From an uncultured Gammaproteobacteria bacterium (GTDB taxonomy: Bacteria; Pseudomonadota; Gammaproteobacteria; Steroidobacterales; Steroidobacteraceae), in assembly GCA_963798595.1 (NCBI GenBank), contig CAWCTM010000010.1, positions 352 through 64,351 on the forward strand: a stretch of 64,000 bases of DNA, read 5' to 3'. Position numbers and translations under genes: made by a program. The notes under the pieces are model-generated. The model searched no databases. It was not told where the DNA came from and saw nothing but the letters and a program-made list of their open reading frames with translations. Below are positions 10,420 through 21,058 of the stretch, piece after piece; position 1 is the stretch's first letter, and every line of letters starts with the position of its first letter.

Positions 10420-10761
10420 CTATCGAAATCTAATGGTCATTCCGGCCAGACCAAGCGACACTTGAAAGCCCATTTGTGGTCCGTGCAGTTCAAGGACGAC
10501 ACCCTTCTCATTTTGCAAACGCACCGCAGCCGCGCCACCAACGAATGTACCTCCGGCGCCCGCTGCCCCGTACGTGCCAGCTATGTCCGCGGGATTATGT
10601 AAATTCAAGGCGACGCCCGTCAGATTCACTCCTGCAATTCCAAGGCTGCCAATGCCCACGCCCCCTATACCCAGGTGCTATACGTGGCCGTTGTAGGTCA
10701 ACGTTCCGTGACCGCCACCAAAGCCAACAACTCCCGCATCCGGTGTGGCATTGTCGAACAT
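10420..10761 (-). pseudogene. glycine-rich secreted-protein family remnant with in-frame TAG
   Basis: MFDNATPDAGVVGFGGGHGTLTYNGHV-TAG(10678-10680)-HLGIGGVGIGSLGIAGVNLTGVALNLHNPADIAGTYGAAGAGG...LELHGPQMGFQVSLGLAGMTIRFR. No signal peptide is present. The N-terminal type of the same family appears at 49267-49458. Confidence 0.5.
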
Positions 10762-11051
10762 TCCTCAACCTTTGGAGCGCATTGCCCTGAATGGTACGAT
10801 GTCGACAATTGACTAGACTTTCTCATATAGCTGTCCCAGTTTCATGTGCCGTGCACTTGCAAGGGAGGGCAAGATTAATTTCTGTCTTCTAAGCGAAATA
10901 ACCGTCGCTACCGGGGGCTGCTCGACGGCGCGGCTGGCGAGCGCCAAATGCATTTCTTCTTAAATTTACTCTCCGGAGAAAAGGCGAAACCGCCGAGCGT
11001 GCGCTCTCTCAAAGGGAGAAACGTCGCATCCGAACGTCGCGGGAGCTATCG

Positions 11052-12137
11052 ATGTCGTTGCGCAACCTTCTGACAGATGAAGGTTCTCAAGACCTGTCAT
11101 ATGAGCGCCGGTTCGACGCGGAGATGTTGCGCGTTCCCTGCGGCACCTTTCGCATGGGCTCGGACAGCCACTATCCGGAGGAGGCACCGGTCCATAGCGT
11201 TACGATTGACGAGTTCTGGATGGATCGCACGCCGGTAACGAACCGGCAGTTCAAGCAATTCGTCAAGGCAACCGGCTACGTCACCTTCGCCGAAATCGCC
11301 CCCGACCCGAAGAATTATCCAGGCGCGCTGCCGCACATGCTCTATGCTGGCTCGCTCGTCTTCTCGCCGCCGTCGCGCCCGGTCGATCTGCGCGACTGGA
11401 GTCAATGGTGGAGCTTTCTAAAGGGCGCGGACTGGCGCCACCCCTACGGACCGAAGAGCAATATCAACAATCTCGATAATCATCCGGTCGTGCATGTGGC
11501 GTTTGCCGATGCGCTAGCCTACGCCGAATGGGCCAGCAAGGAACTGCCGACCGAAGCCGAATGGGAATTTGCCGCGCGCGGCGGCCTCCAGGGCGTGGAG
11601 TTTGCCTGGGGTGATGAGTTCACTCTGAACGGCAAGCACATGGCTAACACCTGGCAAGGCGAATTTCCGCGACAAAATCTCTGTTCGGACGGCTTCGAGC
11701 GCACATCTCCGGTCACTGCATTCCCACCGAACGGCTATGGCCTGTACGACATGATCGGCAATGTTTGGGAATGGACGATCGATTGGTATTCGACAAAGCA
11801 CGAAGCCGACGCCCCGAAAGCTTGCTGCATTCCGCAAAATCCGCGCGGCGGTCCGGAAGCCGCGAGCTACGATCCCGCCCTGCCTAATATCAGGATTCCA
11901 CGCAAAGTGCTTAAAGGCGGCTCGCACCTCTGCGCCCCGAACTATTGCCGCCGCTATCGTCCGGCCGCGCGACATGCTGAGCCGATCGATACTTCAACAA
12001 GCCACGTCGGATTTCGGTGCATCACGAGAAAATCGGCAAAGAGCGGGATCGTTAGTGGCGACGATGAGTGTCAAAAGTCCAAGGACCGCGTGAGTCAAAA
12101 TAGCGAGGGTCTTAGAGCCGCGAGGAACTGCCGTTGA
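11052..12137 (+). CDS. formylglycine-generating enzyme (FGE/SUMF1 family)
   Basis: RMGSDSHYPEEAPVHSVTIDEFWMDRTPVTNRQFKQFVKATGYVT...GNVWEWT...[35 protein letters not shown]. Confidence 0.9.
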   Translation: MSLRNLLTDEGSQDLSYERRFDAEMLRVPCGTFRMGSDSHYPEEAPVHSVTIDEFWMDRTPVTNRQFKQFVKATGYVTFAEIAPDPKNYPGALPHMLYAGSLVFSPPSRPVDLRDWSQWWSFLKGADWRHPYGPKSNINNLDNHPVVHVAFADALAYAEWASKELPTEAEWEFAARGGLQGVEFAWGDEFTLNGKHMANTWQGEFPRQNLCSDGFERTSPVTAFPPNGYGLYDMIGNVWEWTIDWYSTKHEADAPKACCIPQNPRGGPEAASYDPALPNIRIPRKVLKGGSHLCAPNYCRRYRPAARHAEPIDTSTSHVGFRCITRKSAKSGIVSGDDECQKSKDRVSQNSEGLRAARNCR

Positions 12138-12396
12138 GCGGCACGTCAGCTTAACAAAATGTAGGCTGATGACGCTGAACTGCATTCGATAGATTGCTAC
12201 GAATGGATCATGACGATGAAATCGAACGCATCAGTCTTGGGAATAGGCCGTCGCTCACTGCTTTCGATTCTAAGCATTCTTCCGGCCTTGGCCATGGGCA
12301 AAGGAGACATCCGACAACTTCGACCTTGACCGCCAACGTAAGCGAATGCCCCCGAACCAGGCGTCGCGAAGGATTGAATCTCCCACCCCGGAAAAT

Positions 12397-13473
12397 TTAT
12401 TTCGTCACCATTGGCGGCGGCGCGCTCGCAGCCGCGCTTGGAGAGAATGACAACATCACCCACGCGTTCCATCCCGACGGCCGATCTTGAGCGTCAAATT
12501 CCCAGTAGGCCTTGAGGTTAACGTAGCCTTGCAGGTTTCCAGCGGGGAAAATGTAACCAACTTGCGGGCCGATACCAATGACCCTCGATTCGAATGGGCA
12601 CAGCACCGGGTTGCACCCGCTGTCGGGAGTGACCTGCTGGTAGACATAGCCGACCGCCCCAACCAAAAACTGTTTGGTGAGGAATTGCGAAGCTCCCCAA
12701 TCAACATGCCAGTCGATGCCGTTCTGATAACCTGTGCTTGGGTTCAGAAAATTGTAGGTCAGCCCGGTGACCACGGAGAATTCGTGCCCCGCCTTCGGGT
12801 CGAAGTAGGTATAGCCCGCATCGCCGTCAGCGGCACCGTGACCGATGCCGATATTCGCGAGATTGGTCGAGCTGTAGTTGCCGACAGGGATGTCGCCCGC
12901 CCCGTAGACCATCCAGTTATTCACGCCGCTGCTCCACCGGATAATGGCCTCCGGGTACAAATCTCCAAAACCTATCGTGGTCTGGCTGATGCTGCCTTGC
13001 CGCATAATGGCGACCCGCCTGAAGCAGCGGTCAGGCTACCGTTCAATGCAGTGCTGTTGTCAGCCCCAAACGCCAATACACCGACGTTGAGTTGGCCGCC
13101 AAGTATTGGCGTCGCAAACACGTAGTTAGGATTGAGGACGACGGTCTCGAACTTCGTGTTCAAATTCATTGAGGTTGACATTGACGGTCGGGTTGAACTT
13201 TCCGATGGTAATTTCACGCGAGGCTGCGACAGCGCCGTTTGCGGTCACCGGCGTAAAATAGTTGATTGCTGTAAACGCCCAACCGGGCTGCTGCGGCACC
13301 GCGGCAAGACTGCCGAACAGGCCGGGCAGCCAGAAACTTACGCCATTTTCGTCCGCAAAGGAGATCGCCGAGAGCGATACATTAGCCGCCATCGCAAGCG
13401 CAGCACTTGCGGCCGACGAAAGCAATAGCGATCGGCATCTTCCGGCTCCGATTTTGGCGATAAGATTTCTCAT
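12397..13473 (-). pseudogene. outer-membrane transporter (MetA-pathway / PF13557-like), frameshifted
   Basis: Three consecutive frames carry one protein. N-terminal part: ...SFADENGVSFWLPGLFGSLAAVPQQPGW...FNPTVNVNLN (13126-13473). Middle: NPNYVFATPILGGQLNVGV (12972-13217). C-terminal part: GSISQTTIGFGDLYPEAIIRW...GIDWHVDWGASQFLTKQFLVGAVGYVYQQ (12397-13005). Confidence 0.75.
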
Positions 13474-13775
13474 CGTTCCCCCCAGACAGCCTGACGCAGG
13501 CAGCCGATATCGGCCGAACCATCTTGTGTGACAGGACAGAAGCGATTGTACCAAACGGAATGGCCACTTGTAATCGGATTGAATTGTGTTTTCGGTTTTT
13601 CAGCACGCTGCGATCGCCCCGCTAGATCCTCCCGGAAAAGCGGTACTGGCCCCTCTCCCTAACGACTGATCCCCTTTTGAATTTTTCTGCGGTCCCTTTT
13701 CAAGATGTTCAATATTGAACAGTGTCGCCCTCTGATTTTCGGTATGCGGCTCGACCGAACTGAGGGGGGCTACCG

Positions 13776-13949
13776 TTGCGAATTGAGAATGCCGATAAGG
13801 CGGCTGAATATATGCGTTACGCCGAGGGCTGTGTGAAGACGGCGAGGATACTACGTGATCGCGAACAACGAAGTCTCCATCGCGAAATGGCGGCTGATTG
13901 GCTCAGACTGGCCCAGTTAATAGCGGAAGATGCAGCGTCTAGCGCGTGA
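13776..13949 (+). CDS. small hypothetical protein (57 aa, TTG start)
   Basis: GAGGGGGG lies 6 nt upstream of the TTG. Product LRIENADKAAEYMRYAEGCVKTARILRDREQRSLHREMAADWLRLAQLIAEDAASSA. It is below the ORF-track size cutoff. Confidence 0.35.
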   Translation: MRIENADKAAEYMRYAEGCVKTARILRDREQRSLHREMAADWLRLAQLIAEDAASSA

Positions 13950-13997
13950 TCAAGTCCAAAGGCCTGCAAAACCAGCCGAGGCTAGACAGAAGGCCAC

Positions 13998-14210
13998 TCA
14001 GTTGGCGGCCTCTTTCATTTCATCCGCTTCAATTTGAAATCCAGATAATCCCGAATAAATTCGCAGCGTTCCGTCTTCGCCCTTATAGAGAACGAAGAGT
14101 TCTTCAGCGGATTCGTCCAAAAGCTGCTCCTCGCGCCAATCCGGCGGTATAGGCTCAAGTGGCAATCGTGGTGCCGTAAGGGCCGACATAAAAACCGATT
14201 TGAAGCGCAT
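13998..14210 (-). CDS. small acidic hypothetical protein
   Basis: 70-aa ORF in an otherwise empty interval, with no recognisable motif. Confidence 0.3.
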   Translation of the reverse strand: MRFKSVFMSALTAPRLPLEPIPPDWREEQLLDESAEELFVLYKGEDGTLRIYSGLSGFQIEADEMKEAAN

Positions 14211-14249
14211 CTTCGCTTTTGAGTGACCCGTCCAAGCTGCCGAGGCGAA

Positions 14250-16145
14250 ATGTTCACCTTCCGAATGTCGATCACCCTCGCGATATCGGCGTTCGTCTTT
14301 ACTTTGGCGGTGCTCCTGATCTCGATTAATGCAGAGATTTTGCGCGTTGCGGCAGAAAACTCGGCCTCAGCGGACATGGAGGCCGCGAGCGCGACGACCC
14401 TCGGACGCCTTGAGAGTGAGGTATCAGAGATCGACTCAATAGTGGGCGTGCTGGCGACCAGTTCGAGCCTTGCCGACTCAAGCATGAGAACCGAGATTGG
14501 CCGGGGAATTCCACTGTTAAAGGCTGCCCTTGCTCGGTTGCCGCAGATGGAAAGCATCTACGTAGGCTATGACACAGGGTCTTGGTTGCAGGTGCGGCGC
14601 ATAAGTGATTTGAGCGAACCGCAACGCGAAAAATTCCGCGCGCCGCAGGGTTCTACGTTTGCGGTAAGTTTGATCCGCCCTGCCTCTAACGGCGCTCTGC
14701 CAATGAGGCAAATCTTCGAAGACTGGAAAGGCAACGAACTCGAGCAGCTCGATCTGTGGAATTACGGATACGACCCACGCAAGCGCACCTGGTACATCGA
14801 CGCGATGGCGGCAGACGGGCCGGTTATATCGTCACCCTATGTTTCGTTCACCATCGGCGTGCCAGTGATTACTCTAAGTGAACCGCTGCGGGGAAAAGTT
14901 GGCGGCGTTATCGCCGCAAATCTCAAGCTGGATGTGTTTAGTGATTTCGTATATGAGCAGCGACCAGGGGAGCATGGGACGGCATTGATTTTCGATTCCG
15001 ACGGTACGCTAATTGCTCATCCCGATTTCGCGAAATTTGTGACCGATGCCATGACGCATCCGTCACACCCTCATTTGCCAAATGTCGACGAGATCGGGGG
15101 GCTGGCTGCGGCTGTGTTGAAGAGACCAGATTGTAGCAAGCCTTGCGAAGGAAGCATTCGCCCTGAAGGAGGGCAGAATTACCTTTTCCGGCTGAGCGAA
15201 TTCAAGCTCGCCGGGCAATCCAGCGCGAAGATACTCTTGATTGCAGCGCAAGGCGACTTTGCAAATGGTATCCAGAAATTGCAACTTATTGCTCTGCTTG
15301 TAGCGATTGGCGCTTTTGCTGCTTTCATCCCTGCCGTGTGGATTTTCGGCAATCAAATGTCACGCTCCTTAAATAAAATAACCATCCAGGCCGGCAGGTT
15401 ACAGATGCTCGCCGCGCCTGATGATTTGCCGGTCACGTCGAATATCAAGGAGATTCACGAACTCGGTATCACCGTAAATCTTGCGCAACGCGCGATTTGG
15501 TCGTTCGCGCGTTTTGTTCCTAAGGAACTCGTCAAACGAGTTATCGATAATTCAATATCTACTGAACTCGGCGGTGCACGGCAGGAGATCACAGTGGTCT
15601 TCACGGACATTCGGGGATTTACAACAATTGCTGAGCACGCTGACCCAGACGTACTTATGCGTCAGACTTCTCGCTATTTCACGGTGTTGACCGAGGCTTT
15701 CTTTGCCGAGGGCGGAACCGTAGACAAGTTCATCGGCGATTCGGCGATGGTGTTCTGGAACGCGCCTAATCCGCAGCCCGATCACGTTGAGCGGGCGTGT
15801 CGAGCGGTACTCGCAGCAAAAGCGGCAAGCGTCACGCTAGACGCTCAATTTGAAGCTGAGGGCGCGCCGCGTTTTTTCACACGGTTCGGCATTCACGTCG
15901 GGGAAGCCGTTGTCGGTAATCTCGGCTCGGCTGAACGCATGAATTACACCGCCCTGGGGACTACCGTGAACTTGGCATCCCGCCTTGAGGCTCTGAATAA
16001 AGAGTATGGGACAGCCATCCTCGTCAGCGAGGAGGTTTACTCTCGGGTTCGAGACAGCTTTCAGTTTAGAGCGATGGGTTCGGTCGTCGCCAAGGGCATG
16101 ACGAAGGAAACTGAAATTTACGAGCTCGTCGAGGCATCCGCATGA
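14250..16145 (+). CDS. membrane-bound class III adenylate/guanylate cyclase with periplasmic Cache-like sensor
   Basis: N-terminal TM helix, about 300 aa of periplasmic region, a second TM helix, then the cyclase domain EITVVFTDIRGFTTIAEH...DKFIGDSAMVFWNAP...FGIHVGEAVVGNLGSAERMNYTALGTTVNLASRLEALNKEY. ATG at 14250 follows GAGG. Confidence 0.85.
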   Translation: MFTFRMSITLAISAFVFTLAVLLISINAEILRVAAENSASADMEAASATTLGRLESEVSEIDSIVGVLATSSSLADSSMRTEIGRGIPLLKAALARLPQMESIYVGYDTGSWLQVRRISDLSEPQREKFRAPQGSTFAVSLIRPASNGALPMRQIFEDWKGNELEQLDLWNYGYDPRKRTWYIDAMAADGPVISSPYVSFTIGVPVITLSEPLRGKVGGVIAANLKLDVFSDFVYEQRPGEHGTALIFDSDGTLIAHPDFAKFVTDAMTHPSHPHLPNVDEIGGLAAAVLKRPDCSKPCEGSIRPEGGQNYLFRLSEFKLAGQSSAKILLIAAQGDFANGIQKLQLIALLVAIGAFAAFIPAVWIFGNQMSRSLNKITIQAGRLQMLAAPDDLPVTSNIKEIHELGITVNLAQRAIWSFARFVPKELVKRVIDNSISTELGGARQEITVVFTDIRGFTTIAEHADPDVLMRQTSRYFTVLTEAFFAEGGTVDKFIGDSAMVFWNAPNPQPDHVERACRAVLAAKAASVTLDAQFEAEGAPRFFTRFGIHVGEAVVGNLGSAERMNYTALGTTVNLASRLEALNKEYGTAILVSEEVYSRVRDSFQFRAMGSVVAKGMTKETEIYELVEASA

Positions 16146-17437
16146 ATTTCATCTTGGCTGTGTTCCATCTTACGCGTCGGGGACTGGTCCTTCTACCGTT
16201 GCTGTTTGCAGTTCCGGCCGCCGCCGATGAGAACACCATCAAAGTCGGCATTCTGCATTCCCTTTCCGGCACAATGGCAATGAGCGAATCCGTGCTCAAA
16301 GACACAGTTCTCATGCTGATACGGGACCAGAACGCGAAAGGTGGTTTGCTCGGGCTGAAACTGGAGCCGGTAATCGCCGATCCTGCCTCAGACTGGTCTT
16401 TCTTTGCTGAAAAGGCGCGCGACCTGCTCACCAAAGGCAACGTCGCGGTTGTGTTTGGCTGCTGGACTTCGGCCTCGCGCAAGTCAGTCCTACCGGTCTT
16501 CGAGCAACTTAACGGCCTGCTCTACTACCCTAACCAGCACGAAGGTGAGGAAAGCTCCCGCAACGTTTTCTACACGGGGGCTACGCCCAATCAGCAGGCG
16601 ATCCCGGCAGTCCGATTCCTGTTGAGCAAGGACGGTGGCGAGATTCGTAGATGGGTGCTTCTTGGCACGGACTATATCTATCCTCGCACGACCAACCGGA
16701 TATTGCAGGCCTATCTCGCGGATCAAGGCACCTCGGCGGAGGACGTCCTGACAATCTACACGCCGTATGGGTTCTTCGACTGGCAAGAGATTGTAGAAAA
16801 AATCAAAGTGTTCGGATCTGCGGGTAAAAGGACCGCAGTGATATCGACCCTCGACGGCAATGCAAACACGTACTTTTACAGAGAACTCGGCGCCCAGAAG
16901 GTAGAGGCCGCCAAGATTCCGGTCATGGCATTGTCCGTGAGCGAACGCGAACTGGCAGGCGCGAATGCCAAGCCCCTAGCCGGCCACTTCGCGGCCTGGA
17001 ACTACTTCCAATCCGTCAAGTCGCCGGAAAATGAGAAGTTCGTCACTATGTGGAGGGATTTCACCGGAAACCAGAGTGAAATCACAAACGACCCAATGGA
17101 GGCGACTTTCATCGGCTTTAGGATGTGGGCTCAGGCCGTCGCCCAAGCTGGCACGACGGAGGTCAATGCAGTGCGCCAAGCGATGTATGGCCAAAGGATC
17201 AAGGCGCCAAGCGGCTACGATGAAGTGATGAACACCAATCACCACCTTTCCAAGCCGGCTATGATCGGCCAGATCGACGCTTATGGGAGATTTGACGTTA
17301 TTTGGCGATCGATTAGCGCGATCCGCGCGGATGCATGGAGCAAATTCATCCCGGATAGCGCCAAACGCACTGCCAATTGGACATTTCCTTGGGTTTGCGG
17401 GAGCTGCATAGAGCCAACCTTTAAGGATTGGGAATAA
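16142..17437 (+). CDS. UrtA-like (urea/short-chain amide type) periplasmic substrate-binding protein, orphan
   Basis: Signal peptide, then TIKVGILHSLSGTMAMSESVLKDTVLMLIRDQNAKGGLLGLKLEPVIADPASDW...VAVVFGCWTSASRKSVLPVFEQLNGLLYYPNQHEGEESSRNVFYTGATPNQQAIPAV. The start overlaps the cyclase stop (ATGA at 16142-16145). No permease or ATPase genes are nearby. Confidence 0.85.
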   Translation: MNFILAVFHLTRRGLVLLPLLFAVPAAADENTIKVGILHSLSGTMAMSESVLKDTVLMLIRDQNAKGGLLGLKLEPVIADPASDWSFFAEKARDLLTKGNVAVVFGCWTSASRKSVLPVFEQLNGLLYYPNQHEGEESSRNVFYTGATPNQQAIPAVRFLLSKDGGEIRRWVLLGTDYIYPRTTNRILQAYLADQGTSAEDVLTIYTPYGFFDWQEIVEKIKVFGSAGKRTAVISTLDGNANTYFYRELGAQKVEAAKIPVMALSVSERELAGANAKPLAGHFAAWNYFQSVKSPENEKFVTMWRDFTGNQSEITNDPMEATFIGFRMWAQAVAQAGTTEVNAVRQAMYGQRIKAPSGYDEVMNTNHHLSKPAMIGQIDAYGRFDVIWRSISAIRADAWSKFIPDSAKRTANWTFPWVCGSCIEPTFKDWE

Positions 17438-17674
17438 TCTTTCACCGACTAACCTTTGTTGGTGGCGTGGAAATATTTGATGTCTGCCTTGGGTCGATGC
17501 GGTCGAGAAAGGGAAAATGAACTGACCGAAATCTGCGCCGGTCGAAAACCGCTATTTCGCAATCCAACGCCTCATAAAGGACCTGCGAAGGCTACCGTTG
17601 GAAATCGTATAATCATGTGTCCGCCTATATAATTTTCGGCTGTGTGTACCGGCGCCTCTGGAAAACTTCATGCC

Positions 17675-17800
17675 TTTGAAAAAATCGGCATTTTTTGACA
17701 GCATCGGTTAATCGCTACCAAATTGCGCCATCCGCAACGTGTCCGTTCGTCACCCAATTGCTGACATGAGAGCAGATATCCCCTGTCGACGTTTAGTGCC
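17675..17800. repeat. dispersed intergenic repeat, copy 1
   Basis: Shares ...AAAATCGG...CGTTCGTCACCCAATTGCTGACATGAGAGCAGATATC...GTCGACGTTT with 22556-22666, in the same orientation. Confidence 0.6.
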
Positions 17801-17836
17801 AATAACGACCACTCCGACGAACCAAATACTGATCGG

Positions 17837-19345
17837 CTACTGAGCCGTCACGCTCGGCGGCCGCTGGACTTTCGTCACCGACGGCGGGTTCCACTTGCCG
17901 GTGAGCGCGTCGGACTTTGGACTGTAGAGGCGCATCGTCAGATTGAATGGCCCCTTCGGCGCAGGCAGCCAGTTGGCTTCCCTGTCTTTGCCGGGGCTTT
18001 CGTTCTGGAAGTAGATGTCAAGAGAGCCGCCCGGGTTGTATTTGAACGGCATCCAACTGCTCACCGCAAAGCGATTGAGACTGTTTGCCACCTGAAAGCC
18101 GTCGCTGTCGTAGAGGGTGAGCGACCAAAAGGCATTCACTGGGGGCGTAGCGTCTTTCTCGAAGTGGATCGTGTACTTGCTTGCGCCGTCGAGCGGCTTA
18201 CCCGCTTCGTCGGCGAGGTTGAGTGGATAGATTGCATCTTCCGGTAGGTTCGCACCGAGGCCGAGCTGGGCGACGATTGTGCGCTTGAGATAATAGTTGC
18301 CGTACACACCCATCGTGTCCGTATTCATAGACCAATAGTTCGCGACCCGGGCGAGGGTTGGTACTTTCCATTCCATCAGGCTCTGCGCAGCCGCAGGGGC
18401 GGCCTCCAACGCCTTCTTCACCGCAGGATCGACCTTGGTTATATCAAAGCTCTTGCCCGGCTCGAAGCCGATCCGCATCAATTGCGCAATAATCGGTTGA
18501 TCAGTCGGATGGGGCGGGTGGAGCTTGAGAAGTTCGGCCGCGTAGACGAAGAATTGATCGGCCTGCATGGTATCGATCTGCGTCTTCGGCGGTGTCTTCA
18601 TGTCGACGCTTGATGCGATCTTCACTTCGACCGGCTTCGGCGATTTGCCCCACTCCGAGAGCGGTGTGACCTTGTAACCGGCCTGAATTTTGTGGACCTC
18701 ATCGTAATCCGGCGGGCCATCGGTCTTGGTGCGGCCAATAATCCAGACGTAGGGAGTGGGTGCTTCGATCTGCGTGAAGCCTGCTGGTACTGTTCCGCTC
18801 CAGCCTCGCGGCGTGATGAGAAAATTACCCGGCTGCGTCCCTGTTGTGCGCCAACCCGGCGACGCAAACACGTCCGTCCACATGTCAAGCATTGGCAGGA
18901 GGTAGTACCGCCCGTTCGTGTCCGGTGCGGAGACGACCTGCGGTTCTTTGGTAAGATCGAGCCACGCTATGGAGTAAAGCGTGTCGAAATTCGAGCGGAC
19001 GACCCCTTTAAAATCGGCGGGCGGATATTACGGGACGTTCACGAACATATTCATCGGCCCTTTGCCGAATTCCTTCCCCGGCTCGATGTTCGTGGATTGC
19101 TTTCGAGTTATGTCCATCAAGATTAGCGGATAGAGGTAGATGTAGGCATCCACGGCAATGGATTGCGCCTCCTGCTCGGTTACGGCGCTCTGTGCCTGCG
19201 CGGTGAGTGAAAGGATGGGCCAAAGCATCGCCTGAGAGAAAGTCGCCGATGCGCGCTCGAAACGACGCTCCTGACCCAAAGGCCATACGCATGGTCGTAT
19301 TGATGTCGGATGGAGGCTGCCGAATTCGCTTAGACTGGACATCAT
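17837..19345 (-). pseudogene. DUF1254/DUF1214-domain secreted protein interrupted by in-frame TAA
   Basis: ORFs 19028-19345 and 17837-18892 are in the same frame. The reading ...FVNVP-TAA(19028-19030)-YPPADFKGVVRSNFDTLYSIAWLDL...MLDMWTDVF is continuous. The C-terminal part has FWSLTLYDSDGFQVANSLNRF. Confidence 0.8.
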
Positions 19346-19351
19346 CCGACG

Positions 19352-21030
19352 CTAGGCTGCTGGTCGGCGCAGCCAACGGGAGAGTGACATGAGTAGAGGG
19401 ACGATAAGCGCGGCGATCATGCTCTCGGTACGACCAATGACGTCGCGCGAGAATTGGCTAACATCCAGATAAAGCGCCATCAACAACACGATCCGGCTGG
19501 TCGATTCCGGATTGCTCGCGAAGCACTGCGTTAGTGTACGACGAAAGAGGTCGCGCGGCTCTGGCAAGTTTGAAATGACCCGGTGCAACATTTCGAGGCG
19601 CCAAGCCCGTGCCGCGAATGCTGCGGTCGTGTCGGCTGCTTGCGGCCGGAATTGTCGAGCAGCGTGGCTAGACGTTCGAGACGGCCGGCATAGGCCGCCC
19701 CATCATATATGCGCTCGAGAACGTGCACATAATCGGCGAGAATCTCCTTCCGCGGCCGCAGCGTCTCAAAGTCAGCCCCATAGTGCATTGGTCCGCGCTC
19801 TTTACGTCCTCACGTCGCACATGCAGGCGACCCTCATTTTCGAGCCGACGCGTAAGCTGCGTGTTCGGCAACGCGTAAAGCAAGCCCACCATGCAAGACC
19901 GGGATCGCAGCCTCCTCGACGAGCTCGACCATAGCGTCCGCCACCGATTCGGTCTCGCTGTCGAAGCCAACAATGAAGCCTGCGTGTACAAAAAGACCGG
20001 CAGCGTAAATCTTGTGGATGCTGTCCGGAATGCTCCGTCGTGTGTTCTGCTTCTTCCGCATCGCCACCAGCGTCGCAGTATTCGGACTCTCGATGCCGAC
20101 AAAGACGCCGACGAAATTAGCGCGGTTCAACAGCGCCAGGAGCTCGGCATCGTCGGCGAGATTGAGCGATGCCTCCGTGGTGAACTCGAATGGGTAGTCG
20201 TGGGCCTCGAGCTAGTTGGCTAGCTCAGGGAGGAACGCCTTGACGGCTTTCTTGTTGCCAATGAGGTTGTCGTCGACAAAGTCGACATGGCCGCGATAGC
20301 CAAGGCGGTAGAGCTCATCGAGTTCCGCAAGCATCTGGGCGTTCGTCTTGGCGCGCGGCACCCGCCCATAGAGTTCGATGATGTCGCAAAACTCACAGGT
20401 GAACGGGCAGCCGCGAGAGAATTGCACGCCGATATGAAGGTAGTCGTCGAATTTCAGAAGATCGAAGCGGGGGATCGGCGACCTGGTCACATCGACCTGG
20501 AATTTCTCTGCCTCGAAGAACTCCTTCACCTGCTTCCCAGGCTTCGATAAATTTGTCGATGGCCCCTTCGGCTTCGCCGAGGATTTGGAAGTTTGCAGTC
20601 CGATAAAGATGCGGTGACGACGTGACCCCCGGGCCGCCAATGACGACGGGCTTCCCGCGCTCGCGGCAGAGATCAACGATGTCGAGCGTGTCGCCCCCTG
20701 CGGAAGCATTCCGCCGGTCAAGATCAGGTCGGCCCAGTCAAGGTCATCGTCAGTCAACTCCTCGGTGTTTCGGTCGAGCAGCCGAAATCGACCATGCCTG
20801 AGGTAACAGGGCTGTAACAGTGATCAAACCCAGCGGCGATGCCGGATATTGGCACCGAAAACTTCGGACGTCCGCTTGAAACTCCAAAACGTATCCGCCT
20901 CGAACCGAGGATAGATCAAAAGCGCGTTGCAGGTCTGTGCACTCGATACATCGTCCACTTGCTCGCCCCTGTCTCCCAAGGTCGAAGCGTAAGTGGAAAC
21001 GTCCTGCGGGTCTAGCCATTTAAGCGGCAT
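19352..21030 (-). pseudogene. B12-binding radical SAM protein (DUF4070-type), heavily frameshifted
   Basis: Pieces lie in at least five frames. N-terminal part: ALLIYPRFEADTFWSFKRT. Core: FSRGCPFTCEFCDIIELYGR (CX3CX2C). Further pieces: VGIESPNTATLVAMRKKQN...AAGLFVHAGFIVGFD, and the C-terminal EILADYVHVLERIY. Confidence 0.75.
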
Positions 21031-21058
21031 CCCAACCGCTGTGACGTCGGTTCAGGGT

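Noticed and set aside
12194-12490. 98-aa plus-strand and 91-aa minus-strand ORFs between the FGE gene and the transporter pseudogene.
   Set aside because: The two ORFs are mutually antisense. They have no RBS or motif and overlap the end of the 12397-13473 pseudogene.
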